A stretch of 64,000 nucleotides of DNA, from assembly GCA_964343875.1 (NCBI GenBank), contig CAYFJW010000002.1, positions 73,246-137,245 on the forward strand. The letters are read 5' to 3'. Shown in pieces: positions 38,103-48,236 of the stretch. The notes beneath the pieces were generated by a model, which saw only the letters and a program-made list of their open reading frames with translations, did not search any database and was not told where the DNA came from. The translations under genes and the position numbers were made by a program. The stretch's first letter is position 1; each line of letters begins with the position of its first letter. This DNA is from Candidatus Woesearchaeota archaeon (GTDB lineage: Archaea; Nanobdellota; Nanobdellia; SCGC-AAA011-G17; UBA489).

Positions 38103-40199
38103 ATGCTCACTCAAGTAGATGGAAACCTCCCGAGTAGGATGCAATCTTTAGAAGCCGCAGTCAACCATTATGGGAATTGGATGGATGCAACAGCAAGACA
38201 CAGCAAGTTCAGACACATAATAGCATGCGAGCCAGATTTTGATCATTATAAAAGAGCATTAGCAGAAGCAGGTGCATGGGAAGAGGGACAAGAACCCGAT
38301 GAAAAAACAATAAAGGATATGGAGGCATATAGACTTCTTGTTGAATGGGCAACAGATTTCCAAGATAAATTTGTACATTTCCACGAAACTAATAGATTAG
38401 GCCATGTAAGGATTCTCAAAGAACTGTTTGGAACATTTTACAAACACTCAAAAGGAAGAACAGCGCCGACAAAAAAGTTCGCACAAGATTTTCTTGAAGA
38501 GATGGTTGGAGAAAGAGGAGGGAGGACTGGAGAAGGGAAAGGTTTTGCGAAAGCAGTAGCTGTTCAAAGAATTATAAGTGATCCTTCAAGAGTCGGAGAA
38601 GTTAGCAAAGGTTTCATGGATTTAGCAGACCACTACTTATGCCTAGAAACAGATTATGATATTGCAATTCTAGACGCACTTCCAAGAGAAGAACAAACCA
38701 AAGCAGAGCAAGTGAGAGATGTCGTACCATTCTTGCTCGAGCAAAAAAGCAAAGAAAAAGAGCCTAGAAAAAGAGCCGAAACATCAAAGACATTTCTAGA
38801 ACTAGTTAGATCAACAACTGACTTAGAAAAAAGAATTGATCTTCTAGAAGTTGTTGATCGTGCAATGGTAGAAGAGGAGGTTGATACCTTAAGCTTATAC
38901 AGAAGACTAAGAAGAACTGGGTTAAAACCAAGAGAATATGTTGAATTTTTACTTTCCGGAGACCAATTTAGCTGGAGACCAGAAGGAAGTAAGGCGACAA
39001 TGGACTTTGTTACAGGTAGAGGTTTACAAGGAGTGGATCCAGTTAGTGCATACCTCATGGTTGCGAGGGCTAACTTCAATATACTAAAGGCTCTTGAAGA
39101 GATTGCAAAGAATAGAACAGGGGCACCTGCAGCAAAAGAACTAATCCTTAACCCCTCATTACTATTTGTCGATGCAAACACGCCAGAGTTAGTAACACTC
39201 GCAAGAGACTATCAGCATGGAACCCTAATAGTTAAAAGATATGCAACTGTAAGGGCCGAAGGATTAGACGATAGAGCCGAAGCCGTTTTGCATGTCGGAA
39301 AACTAAGACCCAATCTAGACGATCTAACAGAAATTAGAAAGGGAATGAGGGCACTACCTGAGGAAGAAGTTAGATTCGTCTCTGGTTGTGATACCATAGA
39401 AGGAATAAAGAGATTAGTAAAAAGAAAAACCACAAGCAAAAAAGAGATGCCTTATCAAAGACAAAACTTGTCTTGGTTTGATTTAATGAAGAAATCTTTG
39501 GTTGCTAGAGGGGCAACAACAGAAGAACTATCTTCTCTAGAAAGAGCCCATGGACTTCTTTCAGACAATGGAGGAAAGCCCCGGTTCTTAAGAAATATGT
39601 TCCGTACACAACCAGAAGACCTTGGACAACTTTGTGATCACATTGCAGCCCATCATGGAAGTAAAACATTTACATTGATAATGCAAAGAGAGTCGCTCTT
39701 CGAAAGATACAAGCACGGGCTTGCAATAGATTCAAAATTTGGTGAAAATCTTTCAGGCTTTGTTGCAAGGGAACACCCCAACCCCTATGCCGCACTAAAA
39801 GAACACTTGCCAGAATTATCAGTTGAAGAAGAACTAGAACTAGAACCAGCATATCTTGGAGAGGAACCAAAACCAATACCTATAGAAGAATTCCCCGGAA
39901 GAGTAATAATTTGTGGTGGAACTTTCAGACCAAGACTAAGACAAAGAATAGAACAAGAACTCCCAGGAGTAGTCTTTGGACCAGATAAAAAAAGGCTCAA
40001 AAGAGAAGGAGTCCCAGGACTATCAGAAAATGACGCTGTTCTTTGGGTTGTCCCAGGTTCAGACCACAACGGCCATGATAAGGTAAAAGGCCAATGTGAA
40101 AAATCTGGAACAATTTTTGAAATCTCCAGATCTGACGGAGTTAAATCTGTGGTTACAACTATTAGGGATCAAATTTTGACAAGAGGAACTAGAACGTAA
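38103..40199 (+). CDS. Large hypothetical protein with a C-terminal DUF2325-like domain
   Basis: C-terminal RVIICGG...DAVLWVVPGSDH...VK..C pattern. Confidence 0.6.
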   Translation: MLTQVDGNLPSRMQSLEAAVNHYGNWMDATARHSKFRHIIACEPDFDHYKRALAEAGAWEEGQEPDEKTIKDMEAYRLLVEWATDFQDKFVHFHETNRLGHVRILKELFGTFYKHSKGRTAPTKKFAQDFLEEMVGERGGRTGEGKGFAKAVAVQRIISDPSRVGEVSKGFMDLADHYLCLETDYDIAILDALPREEQTKAEQVRDVVPFLLEQKSKEKEPRKRAETSKTFLELVRSTTDLEKRIDLLEVVDRAMVEEEVDTLSLYRRLRRTGLKPREYVEFLLSGDQFSWRPEGSKATMDFVTGRGLQGVDPVSAYLMVARANFNILKALEEIAKNRTGAPAAKELILNPSLLFVDANTPELVTLARDYQHGTLIVKRYATVRAEGLDDRAEAVLHVGKLRPNLDDLTEIRKGMRALPEEEVRFVSGCDTIEGIKRLVKRKTTSKKEMPYQRQNLSWFDLMKKSLVARGATTEELSSLERAHGLLSDNGGKPRFLRNMFRTQPEDLGQLCDHIAAHHGSKTFTLIMQRESLFERYKHGLAIDSKFGENLSGFVAREHPNPYAALKEHLPELSVEEELELEPAYLGEEPKPIPIEEFPGRVIICGGTFRPRLRQRIEQELPGVVFGPDKKRLKREGVPGLSENDAVLWVVPGSDHNGHDKVKGQCEKSGTIFEISRSDGVKSVVTTIRDQILTRGTRT

Positions 40200-41010
40200 A
40201 ATCGCTCAAAAAAGTTTGCTTCTTAATACCTTTCCCAACTATTTTCTTTCTTCCCGCCCATTCTGGACACATAGATTTATACTCACAATAATCGCACAAC
40301 TTAGATTTATTTGTAGGGAACTCATTACAAGACTCAATTTCTTTGATTTTATCTTCAACCTCTAATTTTAATCTATCCAAATCATCAAGAGTCCTAGAAG
40401 AACTAAACTCCTCATTAAAGGCTAAAAAATTCCAAACTAATTTAACATCCTTAGCCTCAGGATAATTTTCCCTAACCCATATGGAATACATCGCTAACTG
40501 CCTGTCTCTATCAAGTTCTTCCTGTCTCTTCAAACTTCCACTTGTTTTATAGTCAATAACATAATAATTCCCCAAATCATCTGCAGCAAGCCTATCGATC
40601 TTTACATAATACTTGTTCCCATCTTTCAACCCCAACTTTTCATTAGTCTCAACCCCAACTATTTTCAACTGATCAAAGGGGTGATATTTATCATAATAAT
40701 TCAATAAAATCTCAACACCCATATTCTGATAGGTCTCAGGAGTAGCGTAGTCCTTAACAACCACAATATTGTCATTCCAACCGTCCTTCCATTTCTCCAA
40801 ATAGTACTGTAATAATTCATCCTTAGAATTTAACTTGCCAGACTGCAAATCCTTATACAGCTTCTCCAAAGCATCATGAACCATGCTGCCCATAAAGGCT
40901 TCAACACTCTGCACACCAGTCTTTATCTTTTCAATATAGGTCAACCTATACTTATATTTACATTGATCAAAAGTACTTATCTTGGAATTAGAATAAACTC
41001 CCATCCACAC
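40189..41010 (-). CDS. Solo Cas4/RecB-like PD-(D/E)XK nuclease with Fe-S cysteines
   Basis: SNSKISTFDQC, KIDRL, IDYKT, QLAMY, CDYCEYKSMCP. Confidence 0.88.
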   Translation of the reverse strand: MWMGVYSNSKISTFDQCKYKYRLTYIEKIKTGVQSVEAFMGSMVHDALEKLYKDLQSGKLNSKDELLQYYLEKWKDGWNDNIVVVKDYATPETYQNMGVEILLNYYDKYHPFDQLKIVGVETNEKLGLKDGNKYYVKIDRLAADDLGNYYVIDYKTSGSLKRQEELDRDRQLAMYSIWVRENYPEAKDVKLVWNFLAFNEEFSSSRTLDDLDRLKLEVEDKIKEIESCNEFPTNKSKLCDYCEYKSMCPEWAGRKKIVGKGIKKQTFLSDFTF

Positions 41011-41105
41011 AAAAATACTAGGTCATTATTTAAGTTTTCTTAATTGGCTTGGTTTTTGCAAACATTTAAAAACGCCCCTTTTAAATTCAAGGCATCGATC
41101 ACGAG

Positions 41106-41561
41106 GTGAATAGTAACATGTTCAGAAGAAATAAACACGAGTGGATTAAAGTAAGAAAATCCAAAATCGATAAGAAAGGTGTTTTCGCCAAAAAAGACAT
41201 TCCTAAGGGCACATACATAATTGAGTACGTTGGCAGAAAAATAACAAACAAAGAAGCCGACAAAATCTCAGAACAAGAACTTATGGATGGCGATGTATAC
41301 TTATTTGAAATAAATAAGAGATACACAATTGATGGAAACATTCCAGGAAATGATGCCAAATACATCAATCATTCCTGTGAACCAAATGCCGAATCCTTAA
41401 ACGAAGATGGACGCATTTGGATAGAAGCATATAGAGACATTAAAAAAGGCGAAGAAATAACTTACGATTATTGCCTAACAACAGATGATTACAAAGACCA
41501 TCCATGTAATTGCGGATCAAAAAACTGTAAAAAATACATCACAATACCAAAAAAGAAATAG
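41106..41561 (+). CDS. SET domain protein lysine methyltransferase with post-SET motif
   Basis: GVFA, IEYVG, YINHSCEPN, EEITYDY, CNCGSKNC. Confidence 0.92.
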   Translation: MNSNMFRRNKHEWIKVRKSKIDKKGVFAKKDIPKGTYIIEYVGRKITNKEADKISEQELMDGDVYLFEINKRYTIDGNIPGNDAKYINHSCEPNAESLNEDGRIWIEAYRDIKKGEEITYDYCLTTDDYKDHPCNCGSKNCKKYITIPKKK

Positions 41562-41567
41562 GGTGGT

Positions 41568-42992
41568 TTAATTACCACCAAAAATTCTTGAAAGCCATCC
41601 AAAGATCTTCTTTAGTGCGCTCTGCTGTTCTTTTATATTTTCACAAACACCATATCTAGCGGAGTTACTCTTACACTCATAGTTGTTATTTGCTTCAGAA
41701 CCATCTTCCTTCTGCTCTTTAACGTTTCCATCCACACCACAATAACTTGGAGTACCTCCATACTCAAGCCTTGTTCCCATCGGTAGACATTTGTTAAGCT
41801 CATGATTCACAAAACAACCATCGTTACATTTTGTTGGAAGAAACTCTTCTTGAGGGTAAAGTATTTCCACTTTGGATTTGGCATCATCCTCAGATACCAT
41901 CAACTGATAGCTAACAATGTCCCTTAAGTCCCCATCACTAGCATGTGTATCCAAATTTAATGTTATCTCATGTAATCTCAAAACCAAACCTTCTTCTCCA
42001 TAAAAAATATCATTCTCCCCCATTTGAGAACTAACCTCTCCATCAATCTCAAATGTAGCACTAGCAGGAACAGTATCTTCTACAATTAGGAGTTTGACAG
42101 CATGTTTGGTTCCATCAATATAATGATATTCGGTTTCCCCTTCCTCTAAAACATAGTATTTATTACTAAAGAAAGTTTCATCAGAGTCATCCTTTTGATA
42201 AGGTTCAGCCTCACAAATTATAAACTCTGTTCCAGTAGTTGCATCATAATCATAGTGGCAATTATCGTCATCGGTAGTGTCTCCTCCAACATATATAGAA
42301 ATCCCATGATAAATTGATCCTGCAGGGGCTACAGTCTGTCTCCCTTCTGGATCAAGGACTAGCACAGTAATAAAAGATCCAGTACCATAGGTCTTATCCA
42401 TATCTTTTCTAAAAACCATACTAAACTCAAGTTCATTCAAACCTGGTTCAAGATCGACAAATCTAGCTAGATTAGTAGATGCTCCAATTCCATCTGGATA
42501 ACCATTGTCAAAAAACAACCAATACAAATCATCAACATCAACATCAGAGGTGATCTCTGCTAAAAATTTAACCTCTGTTCCATCTTCAACAAAGTAAAAT
42601 CCTTTGTTATCAGGTTCAACATTTAAAACCTTAAGAGAATTAATTCTAACGTCCGCATTTGGGTTTTCTTTTGGTTTTATCTCAAATTCACACTTCCAAA
42701 GGGTCCCATCAGATTTAATATCCTCTACCTCTACTTCAAAATCAGATATTTCAACTTCATCATCGCCAACCCAAGTACTAACGCCACCGATATTAATCAA
42801 ACATTTACTATTTTCATGATCAATATCTTGAACTAAAACTGTATTCTGAACATTACTTGAATCATAAAAAACATCAGACTGCCCAGAACCAATGCTTCCA
42901 TCAAACAAGGTTGTGTCTGCAAAAACTAATGGCATTGCCAAAAGTAGTAATACTAAAACTAAAGCTGTTCCTCTCATCCTTAACATCTCCAT
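41568..42992 (-). CDS. Secreted acidic surface protein with a Cys-rich C-terminus
   Basis: Signal peptide (LVLLLLAMPLVFA), acidic beta-rich body, C-terminal Cys cluster and amphipathic KKIFGWLSRIF tail. Confidence 0.7.
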   Translation of the reverse strand: MEMLRMRGTALVLVLLLLAMPLVFADTTLFDGSIGSGQSDVFYDSSNVQNTVLVQDIDHENSKCLINIGGVSTWVGDDEVEISDFEVEVEDIKSDGTLWKCEFEIKPKENPNADVRINSLKVLNVEPDNKGFYFVEDGTEVKFLAEITSDVDVDDLYWLFFDNGYPDGIGASTNLARFVDLEPGLNELEFSMVFRKDMDKTYGTGSFITVLVLDPEGRQTVAPAGSIYHGISIYVGGDTTDDDNCHYDYDATTGTEFIICEAEPYQKDDSDETFFSNKYYVLEEGETEYHYIDGTKHAVKLLIVEDTVPASATFEIDGEVSSQMGENDIFYGEEGLVLRLHEITLNLDTHASDGDLRDIVSYQLMVSEDDAKSKVEILYPQEEFLPTKCNDGCFVNHELNKCLPMGTRLEYGGTPSYCGVDGNVKEQKEDGSEANNNYECKSNSARYGVCENIKEQQSALKKIFGWLSRIFGGN

Positions 42993-43063
42993 TTAATCAT
43001 TTATATCCCTTGTGGGAACCGAGGAGCATTAAAGCTCCCCGATTTAGCTGCAATACAAACCAT

Positions 43064-44494
43064 TTAACTCGCCAAACCGGCAGAGTATTCTAATGCTCCG
43101 TTGTTTGTGTGCAATCCAAGCAAATAAGCTCCACTAGCCCCATAACCATTCCAGTTGTTTGGGTCTCTGTAGATCACCTTGCTCTTATCCTTCTGCTTAT
43201 TGTAAACTACGGAAACTTCATAATCCGGAAGTACAATTAATTCCTGGATTAGCTTTCCATTGTCAACATTAACAACAAACTTATTGCTTACCAAGTTCAC
43301 ATTTGGATCCTGGTTGTATCCTAAATTTAGCAAGTGAACGGTTGTTATCCTTCCATCCATTTTATACACTAACTCCATATTTACACTATTTCCTGCAATG
43401 TCCGTTGCTTCATACATATGTAATTCACGGCCGTCCCATAACGACATTCCAGTGCTAATGATTGACAATGTCCCATTAGAGTTATCCACCGCATCAACTT
43501 CAATTGTTTTTGTAGCATTTTCATACTTCAGCACAAACTCAGGCGCCTCATTGTCATCAAAAGGAGGACTTATCACAACAGATGTAGCTGTACTTACTGG
43601 GCTGTTAAGAGTAAATGTTTCACCATAGTAAGTTGTAAACTGTGATGTTCCGCTTAAATTGAAACCATTACCACTAACCTCTGTGATATCTATTTCATTT
43701 CCAGGCATCTTCTCAACCCAGAACTTAACTTCTTCAACAGAACTTGGCATTCCAGGTCCAAATGTATTTGGATGGGTATACATCCTAACAAGTGCCTTAT
43801 TCGCTAAGATTGTTCCACCAGTATTTGACCAAGAAGAACCATTCCATGTTCCACCAACGCTTTCTCCAGCATTTCCTAGATCAAATATCTCTCCAGTTTC
43901 TAAATACAAAAAGATCTTCCCATAATTAATCCTTCCACTAGTATCCATATCAATAGCTAGAGGAGGAGTTCCAGAACTTGTATCAGCGATATACACCTTG
44001 TAAGTGTTCCCGCCAATATTCAAATCCCCAGTACCCCTTGTTCCGGGAACATTGCTTGGTCCATAAGTTACAAGATATGTTAATCCTGTAGCCATATCCA
44101 TAAACTCTAACTCATTAGTACCGGGATTAAAATCATCATACCTCATAACGTGAGATATTCCATCTGCACCAAACGGATTTGTTAGCAAAAAATAATCCAA
44201 ATGCCCTATGGTAAAGTCCTGATCAGCCGCAGTTCCATTCGGGGCAGTAATCCTTCCCTCCTGGAACACAAAATCACTATCATCACTACCATACTTAAAC
44301 ACTCCATGCTCATTAGTTATGAGTGGAACATTATATGTCAAACCTTGATCGTTAGTAAAGACAAACCTATATTCATCATCTCCACTTGGATCAAATCTTG
44401 TGTCAGTTGCCTGAACTGCAACCACCTGCAGCATCAAAGCCAAAGACAACATTATCAATATATTTCTCATTTTCATTTTATATTGTAACCTCAT
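43064..44494 (-). CDS. Secreted S-layer-like surface protein
   Basis: Signal peptide, Gly/Thr/Asn-rich beta content, several N-x-S/T sites; start uncertain by a few codons. Confidence 0.6.
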   Translation of the reverse strand: MRLQYKMKMRNILIMLSLALMLQVVAVQATDTRFDPSGDDEYRFVFTNDQGLTYNVPLITNEHGVFKYGSDDSDFVFQEGRITAPNGTAADQDFTIGHLDYFLLTNPFGADGISHVMRYDDFNPGTNELEFMDMATGLTYLVTYGPSNVPGTRGTGDLNIGGNTYKVYIADTSSGTPPLAIDMDTSGRINYGKIFLYLETGEIFDLGNAGESVGGTWNGSSWSNTGGTILANKALVRMYTHPNTFGPGMPSSVEEVKFWVEKMPGNEIDITEVSGNGFNLSGTSQFTTYYGETFTLNSPVSTATSVVISPPFDDNEAPEFVLKYENATKTIEVDAVDNSNGTLSIISTGMSLWDGRELHMYEATDIAGNSVNMELVYKMDGRITTVHLLNLGYNQDPNVNLVSNKFVVNVDNGKLIQELIVLPDYEVSVVYNKQKDKSKVIYRDPNNWNGYGASGAYLLGLHTNNGALEYSAGLAS

Positions 44495-44624
44495 TCGGTT
44501 TGTTTTAATTTCAACTAATCAAATCCATATATAGTTCTTGAGAGGATCTTAAATTAAATCCGAGAATTTCAATCGAACCAATACAAAAAAGAAGGCCAAA
44601 TATAGGCCCATTCAAGAAAAAAGC

Positions 44625-45530
44625 CTATTTCAACAACCAATCAGAGATTTTAACTCTTTTTAGCTTCCCTTCTCGTTCCATTGTTAATATTTTCTTAGAC
44701 TCCAACCTCTCCAACGTTCTCGATAAACTAGTCTTCGGAATCTTTAATCCATGCCTTATTTTGGAAGAAGTAGAAGTATTCCCATTAGCAATAATAAAGT
44801 CCATTATTTGTTTTTCACTCTCACTTAAAGTCTTCAATATAGCGTTTAATTTCCTTCCAGTTGGACTTTTCTTAACTTTCCTCTTCTTTCTAGGCTTAAA
44901 TTTGTAAATCAACAATCCAATAACCGCCACAACTAAAACAACCCAATAAAAACTAAACCCTGAATCAACCTTATCTCTTAAAGTTAATCTTAACTCAATT
45001 GAGTCACCCCTATTAGTTTTGAAAACAGCCTTGTCAATAAACTTCCCATTCGTAGACAAGATATTGCACTCACCAATTGGAACATAGGTGGAAAATCCAC
45101 CAAACTTATCGGTCTTCTTTGGGAAATCAATACCGCTTAATGAATTACAATCAAACTCCAAATCAACATTGCCCAACAAATTATCCAATGAATCATAAAC
45201 CGAACCCCTAACTTGAGAGATGGGAACAAATACAATTTCTTCCATTGATTCAGTAATTTCGCCTTTGAAGTAATAGTCCATAACATCTGTATTGGGATCA
45301 TCTAAAACAATTTCAACAACATTACCATAAACACTTTGCTCAAACTTCAATATTCCATCATTAACTAAAATAACCATATCGGTATCAACAATAGCAATAA
45401 CATCATTTATTGGTTCTCCAGAAGAATCAACTAACCCCAATGAAACTAAAGAATCTTGTGCTAAAACAATTGTAGATAATAAGACAATTCCAACGACTAT
45501 CCCCCAGATCCCTTTATGAATCATTTCCAA
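44625..45530 (-). CDS. Membrane-anchored regulator: extracellular domain, TM, C-terminal wHTH
   Basis: Signal peptide, TM FYWVVLVVAVIGLLIY, LSESEKQIM...IPKTSLSRTLERLESK. Confidence 0.75.
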   Translation of the reverse strand: MEMIHKGIWGIVVGIVLLSTIVLAQDSLVSLGLVDSSGEPINDVIAIVDTDMVILVNDGILKFEQSVYGNVVEIVLDDPNTDVMDYYFKGEITESMEEIVFVPISQVRGSVYDSLDNLLGNVDLEFDCNSLSGIDFPKKTDKFGGFSTYVPIGECNILSTNGKFIDKAVFKTNRGDSIELRLTLRDKVDSGFSFYWVVLVVAVIGLLIYKFKPRKKRKVKKSPTGRKLNAILKTLSESEKQIMDFIIANGNTSTSSKIRHGLKIPKTSLSRTLERLESKKILTMEREGKLKRVKISDWLLK

Positions 45531-45547
45531 AGAGTTTAATCCTTTAT

Positions 45548-46090
45548 TTATATCTCTTTCTTATGAAATATAAATCTCCCATCACCACACATCACAGTCA
45601 GCAACGTATTTTCGCTCATTGGAGAAAACCCATTCAAATCCTGTGCAGAGAACGTACAGTGTTGTTGCGGATGGCTATGCAAATCCAATAATGTACCTTC
45701 AGGACAAGGAGAACTTACAACCTGATCATAATCCTGAAAATGAATATTAGGCAAGAACACTTTATCTAAAACATAATCCCCATTAAAGGTTCCCAAAACA
45801 CATGCCTTGAACTCTTTCTCATTTTCATGATACAAACTAACTAAAATCTCACTAACTCTAGAACTAAAAAGAATATCTCCATAATCACTTTCAATTAAAT
45901 CGTCTTCAATTTCCTCACTATCAAAGAACCCTGCAATTATATTCCTCACAGTATACCCTGTTAGCATATAACTCACTATCAACAAAACCATAAACACGCC
46001 AACTATTCTCCAAAAATACTTCCAGAAATTACCTTTCTTCTCAAGCTCATGCGCTTCAATAGGCCTCAATAACTCTTCTTCAGCATTCAT
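45548..46090 (-). CDS. Membrane-anchored JAMM/MPN+ metalloprotease-like protein
   Basis: E(KEF)...HSHPQQHCTFSAQD matches HxH-x7-S-x2-D; N-terminal TM. Confidence 0.75.
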   Translation of the reverse strand: MNAEEELLRPIEAHELEKKGNFWKYFWRIVGVFMVLLIVSYMLTGYTVRNIIAGFFDSEEIEDDLIESDYGDILFSSRVSEILVSLYHENEKEFKACVLGTFNGDYVLDKVFLPNIHFQDYDQVVSSPCPEGTLLDLHSHPQQHCTFSAQDLNGFSPMSENTLLTVMCGDGRFIFHKKEI

Positions 46091-46093
46091 TTT

Positions 46094-46447
46094 TTATCCA
46101 TTAAACAAGTCCACTGCCTTTTGCCAGATTTCTCTTCCAAAGCGATACTCTATCCCGCAGGTTTGGCATTTTGCATCATACCCAACACCCATCCTTAAAT
46201 TAACTTCAACGAAATCAATATTTCTATAAAACATAAATCTTCTTGCAGGCCCCCTTGAAGTACCCCTTGAAAGTCTGTCTCTTTCAGCTTCAGAGAACCC
46301 CCTTCCAGGATCATCAGGAAGACCTTCAATGGTCTTATGCACAATGGCACTTCTTTCCGTGTCCATCACACATCCATCTGTGATTATGATATGAACCCCC
46401 TCTAATTTAATTTCAAGTCCATTCATACGCACTACATCTCTAACCAT
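46094..46447 (-). CDS. Hypothetical protein
   Basis: 117-aa ORF with CQTC. Confidence 0.5.
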   Translation of the reverse strand: MVRDVVRMNGLEIKLEGVHIIITDGCVMDTERSAIVHKTIEGLPDDPGRGFSEAERDRLSRGTSRGPARRFMFYRNIDFVEVNLRMGVGYDAKCQTCGIEYRFGREIWQKAVDLFNG

Positions 46448-46463
46448 AGAAAAATGCCAAAAA

Positions 46464-48212
46464 TTAACTATTTAACTCTTTCTTAAGATTCTCAACCAAG
46501 TCCTTGATCAAATCAAATCCACCTTGCCAGAACTTCTCATCCTTAATATCAATCCCGACCTCATTAAGAATATCCTTCGGAGCCTTGCTCCCCCCATAAC
46601 TTAATATCTTCTTATACTTCGGAATAAAAGACTCTCCTTCATCTTGATACATCTTATACAAAGACAAAACTAACAAATTCCCAAAGGCGTAAGCATAACA
46701 ATAAAAGGGAGTGTAGTAAATATGAGGAATATATTTCCATTCATGTTTAAAAATATCTTCAACCTCAACAGAATCGCCAAACTGTTCCTTCAATAATTCT
46801 AAATAAGCCTCATTTAATTCCGTAATTGTTGCACCTTTCTCAATTAATTTATGTGCCTTCTTCTCAAATATAACAAAATATGCCTGCCTTATTATTGAAG
46901 CATAAATCCCATCTAATTGGGTTACCAACAAATGTATCTTTTCATCTTTTGGCATTCCCTTCTCAAGCAAATTACTTGCAAGCAACATCTCAGAAAATAT
47001 TGAAGCGGTCTCAGCTAGTGGCAAAGAAGAATGCCAATCAAATATGGACTTATCACTAGCGATCATATCGTGTACAGCATGACCCAATTCATGAGCCATT
47101 GTGCTAACGTCATTATACTTCCCAACAAAATTCAATAATATGTAGGGATCGATCTCCGGCAATACACTTGAACAAAAGCCCCCACCACGTTTACCTTTTT
47201 GAATATCAGAATGAATATGTTGCTTATCAAACATTCTTTTCGCATAATCATGGATCTCCTTATCAAAGTCTTTAAACACACCCAAAACAATATCCTTGGA
47301 TTCATCAAACTTATAGTCCTTGGCAACATCCTTCAATGGAGCATAGACATCGTATCTCCTCAACTTACCTACGCCAAGCATCTTGGCCTTTAACTTAAAA
47401 TAATCCTGCAATACAGTAATATTTTTCTTAGAAACATTCAACAAAGCCTCAACAGCCTCATCTGGAACATTATTGCCTAAATTCCTAATGGAGATTGGAC
47501 TTTCATAACTCCTTATCTTCAACCCATCATTAATCCAATCTAAAACAATGCCCCTGTAGATTTCACCAAGAGCACTTTCATTCTCCCCATACCTAGATAA
47601 CAAAACATCATACGCTTCCTTCCTAATCCTTGGATCAGCATCCTTAACATGTTTAGCAACTTCTTCCCTAGAAACATCCTTCTTACCTTGAAATTCAAAG
47701 GTATAGGCATTAGTAATTATATCATAAATATTTGCTAAAGCACCCGAACCAGTTATATTTTTTAACCCAATTATCTTTTCTTCACTTTCATTCAATGTAT
47801 GTTTCTTAAATCTCCTAGAACTCTCCATCATAAAAGCATACTTTCCAAGATCCTTCAGGATATCTTTAGCTCTAGCATCATCTAAATCCTTCCACCACAA
47901 ATAGAAGAAAAGTTGTCTATTTCTAATATCAGTTAAGAACTGTTCAATCTTAGAATTAAATGCCTGATAAGCATGGTCGCTAGTATTTTCGCTTAACTTC
48001 AAACTAGCATAAGCAGAGATCCTATACATTATGAGGTAAGTCTCTTCCATATTCTTTAATGCTTCAAGAACCTTCTCAGAACTAGTTTTATCATTAAGGT
48101 CTTTTCTAAGTGCTTCAAAAGCCCTAACATTTTTGTCTATCTCTTCAAATTTCTTCTTAAGAACCTCGTCATTGAATTCTTTACAAATATCACTTAGATC
48201 CCACTTCACCAT
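46464..48212 (-). CDS. pepF: Oligoendopeptidase F (M3B)
   Basis: KWDLS start, HELGH, AETASIFSE, PHIYYTPFYCYAY. Confidence 0.93.
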   Translation of the reverse strand: MVKWDLSDICKEFNDEVLKKKFEEIDKNVRAFEALRKDLNDKTSSEKVLEALKNMEETYLIMYRISAYASLKLSENTSDHAYQAFNSKIEQFLTDIRNRQLFFYLWWKDLDDARAKDILKDLGKYAFMMESSRRFKKHTLNESEEKIIGLKNITGSGALANIYDIITNAYTFEFQGKKDVSREEVAKHVKDADPRIRKEAYDVLLSRYGENESALGEIYRGIVLDWINDGLKIRSYESPISIRNLGNNVPDEAVEALLNVSKKNITVLQDYFKLKAKMLGVGKLRRYDVYAPLKDVAKDYKFDESKDIVLGVFKDFDKEIHDYAKRMFDKQHIHSDIQKGKRGGGFCSSVLPEIDPYILLNFVGKYNDVSTMAHELGHAVHDMIASDKSIFDWHSSLPLAETASIFSEMLLASNLLEKGMPKDEKIHLLVTQLDGIYASIIRQAYFVIFEKKAHKLIEKGATITELNEAYLELLKEQFGDSVEVEDIFKHEWKYIPHIYYTPFYCYAYAFGNLLVLSLYKMYQDEGESFIPKYKKILSYGGSKAPKDILNEVGIDIKDEKFWQGGFDLIKDLVENLKKELNS

Positions 48213-48236
48213 CCAATAAAAGAACCTAATCCATTT

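Noticed and set aside
40189..41010. Cas4-like nuclease as a sign of CRISPR-Cas
   Set aside because: No repeat-spacer array or other cas genes in the window; solo Cas4-like nucleases are common in archaea.
43017..43043. GC-rich hairpin between two surface-protein genes as an ncRNA
   Set aside because: A single simple stem-loop after a stop codon; more likely a terminator or stability element.
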